DNA from: Candidatus Limnocylindria bacterium
GTDB lineage: Bacteria > Chloroflexota > Limnocylindria > P2-11E
DNA: 64,000 bases
Direction: 5' to 3'
Assembly (NCBI GenBank): GCA_035651155.1
Contig: DASRGG010000021.1
Location: 339,752-403,751, forward strand
The notes below the pieces were generated by a model. The model was not told the DNA's origin, made no database searches, and saw nothing but the letters and a program-made list of their open reading frames with translations. Shown piece after piece: positions 59,279 through 64,000 of the stretch (its first letter is position 1; each line of letters begins with the position of its first letter). The position numbers and the translations under genes were made by a program.

Positions 59279-60778
59279 TCAGATGTAGAACTTGAACTTG
59301 GCCTTGCGGTCCTTGACGTTCGGGTTGGCGACGAGGATCTCCCCCACCGCGTCTGAGAATCCGACGGTGACGGGCTCGACCTCGCCCAGGCGACACGCGT
59401 TGTAGTTCAGCTTGGTCAGACCAAAGATGTCCGATACCACCTGATCGAGGTCAGCCTCGCCGTGCTGCACATCGATCTGGAGCGGCAGTGGCGTCTCCCA
59501 CCCGTCGTACGTTCCGAGGCGCGGCTTGTAACCCGTCGTCCAGAGGAACGCGGTTCGGTCCGAGACGCGCCAGTACGTACCGCGGACCACGGGAAGATGA
59601 CCCTCGCGGAAGAGACGCACGTCGAAACGTTCCTGACGGACACGAACGCCGATGAGGCGCACGCCCTCCGGGCAGGCCTCCTGGAAGCCCGCGAACTCGT
59701 CGGCGTTCAGGCCCGACCTCGCGTGCAGGAACAGCTCCGTGAGCGGCTGGCCACCGAGCTCCTTGTAGGTGTCCAGCGCGCCGGTCAGGAGATCGCGCGC
59801 GCCGTCGTAGCTCAGGTGGTACTGGTTGCGCTCGGGCGAGTACCAGGGCCCGAACTCGCCCATGAAGACGATGCCGTCGCCACTGTCGAGGAACATCTGA
59901 GCGGCGCACGCGGCCACAGGGCTATCTGAACTCGGATCACGCCGGCGGTAGGCCAGTCCGAGGTAGCAAACACCCGGGCGCGCCGTGCTCAAGCGCCATG
60001 GCTTCCCGCCGGCCTTGTAGTAGAGCGCGACACCGAGGTTCCACGCGCGGTCGCACAGCGGCGTCAGGCTGCGCTCGCCGAACTTGTACTCGTCTGACAG
60101 TCGCAGAGTGGACTCGCGCACGATCTGGATCGGAATGCCGTACTTCATCGCACGCGCCTTGATCTGCCGTCTGAAGTCGACGGAGTACAGGAACACGTCG
60201 GGGCTCGTGTCATCGAACAGTCCCGTCTGGCCCGCCTTGCGGACGCGAACGTCCTTGGCCGCCATGCGCTCACCGGAACCGAACGGCACGCGCGAGAGCG
60301 GGCGGCAGTTCTTGTACACGAGGTCGGGAACGACGCACACGATCACATCGACGGGGTCGTCGTGACGCTCGAAGGCGGCGATCGCGTCCAGGTAGCGCTC
60401 CACGACCGCCGCGGCGCGCTTGTGCTCGTCCTTCTGGATGGCCTCGGCGAGGAGCGCGTCCTCATCGACGATGCGCTCGAGCGTCGGCTCTTCGGGAAGG
60501 ACGCAGCCGAAGGCGGGCTCGAAGCCGGGGAACATCGGCCAGAGCGCGGCGCTCCGACCCTCGGGCGGCATCGCGGCACTTTGCAGCCGCTTGGTCAGCG
60601 CCTTGAACGCATCCGTGCCGCGTGGCGTGCCGACGAGGCCCCACGAGACGTTGCGTCGATGCCCCGGCATGTCCGCGTCGAACGCGCCGAAGATGCTCAG
60701 GCCGTCGCGCGGATCCGAGACCGGCTGCGTGTAGCGGAACTCCAGGGGTGGCTCTGGGAGCATCCGAAGATCGATCAC
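59279..60778 (-). CDS. Short prokaryotic Argonaute (MID-PIWI, catalytically inactive), SPARTA-type
   Basis: 499 aa. Near-colinear to the remembered SPARTA short pAgo: DPRDGLSIFG, PMFPGFEPAFGC, YKNCRP, YYKAGGKPWRL, RPGVCYLGLAYRRR, AACAAQMFLDSGDGIVFMGEFGPWYSPE, LTKLNYNACRLGEVEPVTVGFSDAVGEIL, terminal KFKFYI. No DEDX catalytic tetrad. GTG start overlaps the TIR-APAZ stop (GTGA). Confidence 0.9.
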   Translation of the reverse strand: MIDLRMLPEPPLEFRYTQPVSDPRDGLSIFGAFDADMPGHRRNVSWGLVGTPRGTDAFKALTKRLQSAAMPPEGRSAALWPMFPGFEPAFGCVLPEEPTLERIVDEDALLAEAIQKDEHKRAAAVVERYLDAIAAFERHDDPVDVIVCVVPDLVYKNCRPLSRVPFGSGERMAAKDVRVRKAGQTGLFDDTSPDVFLYSVDFRRQIKARAMKYGIPIQIVRESTLRLSDEYKFGERSLTPLCDRAWNLGVALYYKAGGKPWRLSTARPGVCYLGLAYRRRDPSSDSPVAACAAQMFLDSGDGIVFMGEFGPWYSPERNQYHLSYDGARDLLTGALDTYKELGGQPLTELFLHARSGLNADEFAGFQEACPEGVRLIGVRVRQERFDVRLFREGHLPVVRGTYWRVSDRTAFLWTTGYKPRLGTYDGWETPLPLQIDVQHGEADLDQVVSDIFGLTKLNYNACRLGEVEPVTVGFSDAVGEILVANPNVKDRKAKFKFYI

Positions 60779-62124
60779 GTGGTCTCCTCCAGCTCCTCGT
60801 CCCCCACGCCAGGCGTCACGTCCGTCTCGTCGAGCTCCTCCTCGTCGTTCTCGACGGGAAGGGGACCGGCTTCTTCCTCATTGATGCCGTCGGGCGCGGT
60901 GACCGTAAGCGGGATCGCGCGGATGGCCAGGCGACTCTGCGCACGCGAGGTGAGCACGATCTCGCCTTGAGCGTCGGCGAGGAAGGCGCAGCTTCCGAGC
61001 TGGCGGCTCAGCCACTCGTAGTTCCACCAGTCCTTGCACAGGCGCTTCCGCCGGCGGACGAGCTTCACGCCCTGGAGCGGAGTGCCATTGAGGTCCGCGA
61101 GGTATACGCGGTTGCGGAGCTGGATCATCGGCGTCCCGTAGCGGAAGAGCGCCGGTCGGAACTCGACGGCGAGGTGATAGCGGAAGCGCTCGACCCCGTT
61201 CGTGGTCCGCGCGGCGCGCTCGCCGACGGCCTTCACGTGCGTCTTTTCCCCGTCCCATCTCGTGAAGCGCAGTCGGTCGCCGGGGACGAGGCCGCTCGGG
61301 AAATAGACATACTCCTCGTTGGCCGACTCTCTGAGGCCCTTCTGAACGCAGTGGCTGCGCATGCCCTCCTTTAGAAGGACGGTAACGATGTCGCGCGCGA
61401 TCGTCCGCTGCTCGCGATCGTCGTTCTCGAGCCAGGGGATCTCTTCGACCTTGTCGACCTCGACGCCCTCGGGCGGGCCCTCGAACGCGCCGACCACGTA
61501 GTCGTTCTCGGCCCAGTACGTCCAGCTCGAGGCGATCTCCGGTGAGAGCTTCTCATGCAGCGTGATGCGGAGGACGCTGCCGGGTATGTCGGTGATGGGA
61601 AGCAGGTTCGTCCAGAGGCGCTCGGGCCGGCCCGACAGCCGCTCGCGTTCGTGCATGTACTCACGAACGGAGTCGCGCGCCGGCATGAACGTGCGCGGCG
61701 CGTCGACTGAGGTTAGTTTCTTCAGGAGCTGAACGAGGCCGTGAGCCCAGCTCGTGTGGAACGGGATGTATGTGAGATCCGAAAGCTGCCACGGCAGCTC
61801 GTGCGAGGGGAGTGCCTCGACGTTGAGCGGGATGATGAACTCCTGCTTCCTGGCCCGACCGATGTTGAGGGCGATCGTGCGTTCCTTGAGCGGGTTGTCC
61901 TTCTCCTTGGACGCCCGCGAAATGAGCGAGAGCATCCGGAAGGTGCGCTCGTGGAGCGCGCGCTCGATATCCCTGGGGTACGACTCTCCACCGAGGAGCT
62001 TCACGCGATCGCACCACACGCTGTAGCCCTCGCCCGAGAGCTTTAGCGTGAGCCACTCCGCGAGCGCGGCATCCTCGATCGCGTAGTTGATGAACAGGTG
62101 GTCGCGCTCCAGGGCCTCGCCCAC
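60775..62124 (-). CDS. TIR-APAZ protein (SPARTA NADase partner of short pAgo)
   Basis: 449 aa. N-terminal TIR: LFINYAIEDAALAEWLTLKLSGEGYSVWCD, with the conserved catalytic Glu in NPLKERTIAL. APAZ region with KDWWNYEWLSRQLGSCAFLADAQGEIVL and an acidic C-terminal tail. GGAGG RBS 5 nt before the GTG. Confidence 0.9.
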   Translation of the reverse strand: MGEALERDHLFINYAIEDAALAEWLTLKLSGEGYSVWCDRVKLLGGESYPRDIERALHERTFRMLSLISRASKEKDNPLKERTIALNIGRARKQEFIIPLNVEALPSHELPWQLSDLTYIPFHTSWAHGLVQLLKKLTSVDAPRTFMPARDSVREYMHERERLSGRPERLWTNLLPITDIPGSVLRITLHEKLSPEIASSWTYWAENDYVVGAFEGPPEGVEVDKVEEIPWLENDDREQRTIARDIVTVLLKEGMRSHCVQKGLRESANEEYVYFPSGLVPGDRLRFTRWDGEKTHVKAVGERAARTTNGVERFRYHLAVEFRPALFRYGTPMIQLRNRVYLADLNGTPLQGVKLVRRRKRLCKDWWNYEWLSRQLGSCAFLADAQGEIVLTSRAQSRLAIRAIPLTVTAPDGINEEEAGPLPVENDEEELDETDVTPGVGDEELEETT

Positions 62125-62254
62125 GTCCCCTCCGTCGACGGTCGAACTTACGTTCTATCGTAGGTCGGTCGGGTCATCCGAGTAAAGAGACTGTCAAGCG
62201 ATAATTGAGCTTACCGCTAGACTCCAGCCCGCGTGAGCCTCTCCAGTTCTTTCG

Positions 62255-63913
62255 ATGCCAGCGTCGCGGACTAAGAAGCCAACCGCGTCGCCTGGACGAT
62301 CCCCGCGCATCGCGGCGCTCACGGTCTTCCTCCTCCGCCGCGAGATCGAAGACGCGAGGCAGGCACTTGGCGGACGTATCGCCGAGGAGTTTGGGGAAGT
62401 CGAGCTCCGACGGCTGCCGATCGACGCCCGCCTATTCGTGCGTCGCAGCGTCGTCCGCCACCCGTGGTGGGAGTCGTTTTTCGCGAGCGTGACGCGCGAA
62501 CCGCTGGTCGTCAAGGCATCGACCGCTGGCGCGATCCTCTTCGTCACGGTTGCGAAGCAGTTGTTCGCGTTCACCTTTGGCACCGGCCGCTTCGCCCTGG
62601 ACCCGTCGAGTTACGAGCGTGACTTCGGACTGCGCGTGACCCTCAATGCCGTTGACCCGCGGGCGCTGCGCAGTATCGACATGCAGACCGTTGAGGAACT
62701 CACCCTCTTCACGCAGCGACAGGCATCGCGCAGCTCCGGCCTCGAGGTCTTCCAACTCGACGAGATCCGCGACATGCTCCGCGGCGTCGTCGGTCAACCC
62801 AAGGACCCGAGTCTCGCGCAGCTCCTCGCGGGTTCCGACCGGCTAGCGCTGCGTGCGCGTGTCAGGCTGACCGACCTGGCCACGCTATGCGAGCGTCTCC
62901 AAGAGCTCTACGGCTCGAATGTCTACAAGGACGCCTTCGGCTTCATCGATCAAATGCGACGCGTCACTGAACCCGATTTGCTCGCGTCGCTCGACGAGCG
63001 GCTGGTTCAGGCGCTTGAAGAACCCGAAGACGCCACGCTTCACATGGCTCCGCCAGAGCCGATCGACTGGGAAGACTTCGGCGGGTACCGCTACGAGCCG
63101 ATCGACAAGGATGCTCCGCCACGTGGCGACCTCGACGTGGTCGAACTGGTCGAGACCTTCGAGGAAGCGCGCAAGCGTTCGCTGGAGCTGGACGATCTGA
63201 GGAAGCGCGTGCGCGTGGTGAGCCTCTCGGCCGCAACCGGTCAGCCGGCGCATCACTGGTCTCTCTACGACACGATGGTGACGGAGTTCGCCGTCGGCGA
63301 TCAACGCTACGTGCTCAGCGGCGGTGACTGGTTCGAAGTCAGTGCGACCTTCGCCGAGCAAACTGCAGCGGCAGTCAACGCGCTGCCCACCTCGGCGATC
63401 GCCTTTCCTAGTTCACCGAAGGGTGAGGTAGAGGCCCAATACCTCACACGGGCCGTGCCGCTGCTCGAGGCGGGCGAGGGTATCGGTTACGCGCTGATGG
63501 ACCAGAAGCTGGTCGCGTGCACCGGCGCCCCCTCGCGGATCGAGGTGTGTGATCTGCTCAACGAGCTCAAGCAATTCATCCACGTGAAGCGCAGGACGGC
63601 GTCAGCCACGCTTAGCCACCTCTTCGCTCAAGGCACGACTTCGGCGACGGCGTTCATCGGGGATCGGGGGTTCCGCCTGGCAGCACGTGACGAACTACCC
63701 GCGGCGTGGGATGCCGCCGCGATCTTTCCCGAGGACCAGCCCATCGCGGGCGAATACACGGTGACGTACGCCGTGATCGCGCGAGGCAACGGGCCCCTCG
63801 GGGAGACTCTTCCTTTCTTCAGCCAGGTCAACCTGACGCATGCGTCCCGCATCCTGCGCACGATGGGCTTTGCCGTCGAACTCGCGCACATCGAGGAGAC
63901 ACCGGCGCCGTAA
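62255..63913 (+). CDS. Large hypothetical protein, TIGR04141/DUF6119-like ('sporadically distributed' defence-island protein), possible PD-(D/E)XK-like C-terminal core
   Basis: 552 aa, divergent from the SPARTA operon with an AT-richer 130-nt spacer. C-terminal GDWFE...RIEVCDLLNELKQFIHVKR resembles a D...E-x-K nuclease motif. Family assignment is from memory only. Confidence 0.45.
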   Translation: MPASRTKKPTASPGRSPRIAALTVFLLRREIEDARQALGGRIAEEFGEVELRRLPIDARLFVRRSVVRHPWWESFFASVTREPLVVKASTAGAILFVTVAKQLFAFTFGTGRFALDPSSYERDFGLRVTLNAVDPRALRSIDMQTVEELTLFTQRQASRSSGLEVFQLDEIRDMLRGVVGQPKDPSLAQLLAGSDRLALRARVRLTDLATLCERLQELYGSNVYKDAFGFIDQMRRVTEPDLLASLDERLVQALEEPEDATLHMAPPEPIDWEDFGGYRYEPIDKDAPPRGDLDVVELVETFEEARKRSLELDDLRKRVRVVSLSAATGQPAHHWSLYDTMVTEFAVGDQRYVLSGGDWFEVSATFAEQTAAAVNALPTSAIAFPSSPKGEVEAQYLTRAVPLLEAGEGIGYALMDQKLVACTGAPSRIEVCDLLNELKQFIHVKRRTASATLSHLFAQGTTSATAFIGDRGFRLAARDELPAAWDAAAIFPEDQPIAGEYTVTYAVIARGNGPLGETLPFFSQVNLTHASRILRTMGFAVELAHIEETPAP

Positions 63914-64000
63914 GTGGTCGCCTTCGTCCACCTGCAAGCGGTCGGCGGTGGCGAAGCTGTTAGCCCGCTCGGCGAAGGCGAGGGGCACGAGGGCTCGGAT

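Overview
This is a 64 kb window of high-GC (about 70%) bacterial chromosome. The gene content is actinobacteria-like (LLM flavin oxidoreductase, MoxR/Bat cluster, aceE, RtcB/archease), so many six-frame ORFs are antisense shadows. All calls are from reading the sequence and from remembered family motifs; no database search was run.

Layout from left to right:
- 1-13 kb: a xanthine-dehydrogenase-family large and medium subunit pair (CoxL/CoxM-like) with no small subunit nearby, then a translationally coupled operon of cyclase, N-carbamoyl-amino-acid hydrolase-like enzyme, ADP-ribosylglycohydrolase, LLM oxidoreductase, aminotransferase, CoxG-like protein, SDR and DapA-like lyase. A truncated BioY follows, then archease and RtcB.
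- 13.0-14.8 kb: an intact tRNA-Cys(GCA) and, 1.5 kb away, a 47 nt direct repeat of its 3' half. Between them sit a HicA/HicB-like toxin-antitoxin pair and a transposase C-terminal remnant. This looks like a decayed integrated element.
- 14.9-34.8 kb: housekeeping and miscellaneous genes (rhomboid protease, Cache-HAMP sensor, TPR protein, pyruvate dehydrogenase E1 aceE, VapBC, EttA, PepN, MoaA, a 1046 aa secreted S8 protease, Rdx/thioredoxin-like/HAD, MFS transporter).
- 34.9-47.1 kb: a dense signalling supercluster on the minus strand. It holds two HD-GYP proteins, four receiver domains, a LuxR regulator, three histidine kinases (one hybrid with two receivers), a PstS-like lipoprotein, DUF2277, and a VTC-domain protein next to a TLC/NTT-like transporter.
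- 47.2-56.3 kb: ornithine cyclodeaminase, then MoxR / DUF58 / BatA / fused BatB-TPR, a Bcp peroxiredoxin and a GMC oxidoreductase.
- 56.4-64.0 kb: an accessory defence-type island beside tRNA-Gly(GCC). It carries an AlpA-like regulator with tandem decamer repeats, a nuclease-like fragment fused in frame to a VOC protein, two convergent DUF1801 genes and a D-arm-less pseudo-tRNA.

The most interesting part is in that island: a complete short-Argonaute SPARTA-type module, with a TIR-APAZ gene coupled by a 4 nt overlap to an inactive MID-PIWI short pAgo. It has a possible third small membrane-protein gene 10 nt downstream and a divergently transcribed 552 aa TIGR04141/DUF6119-like gene.

No CRISPR array and no rRNA were seen.
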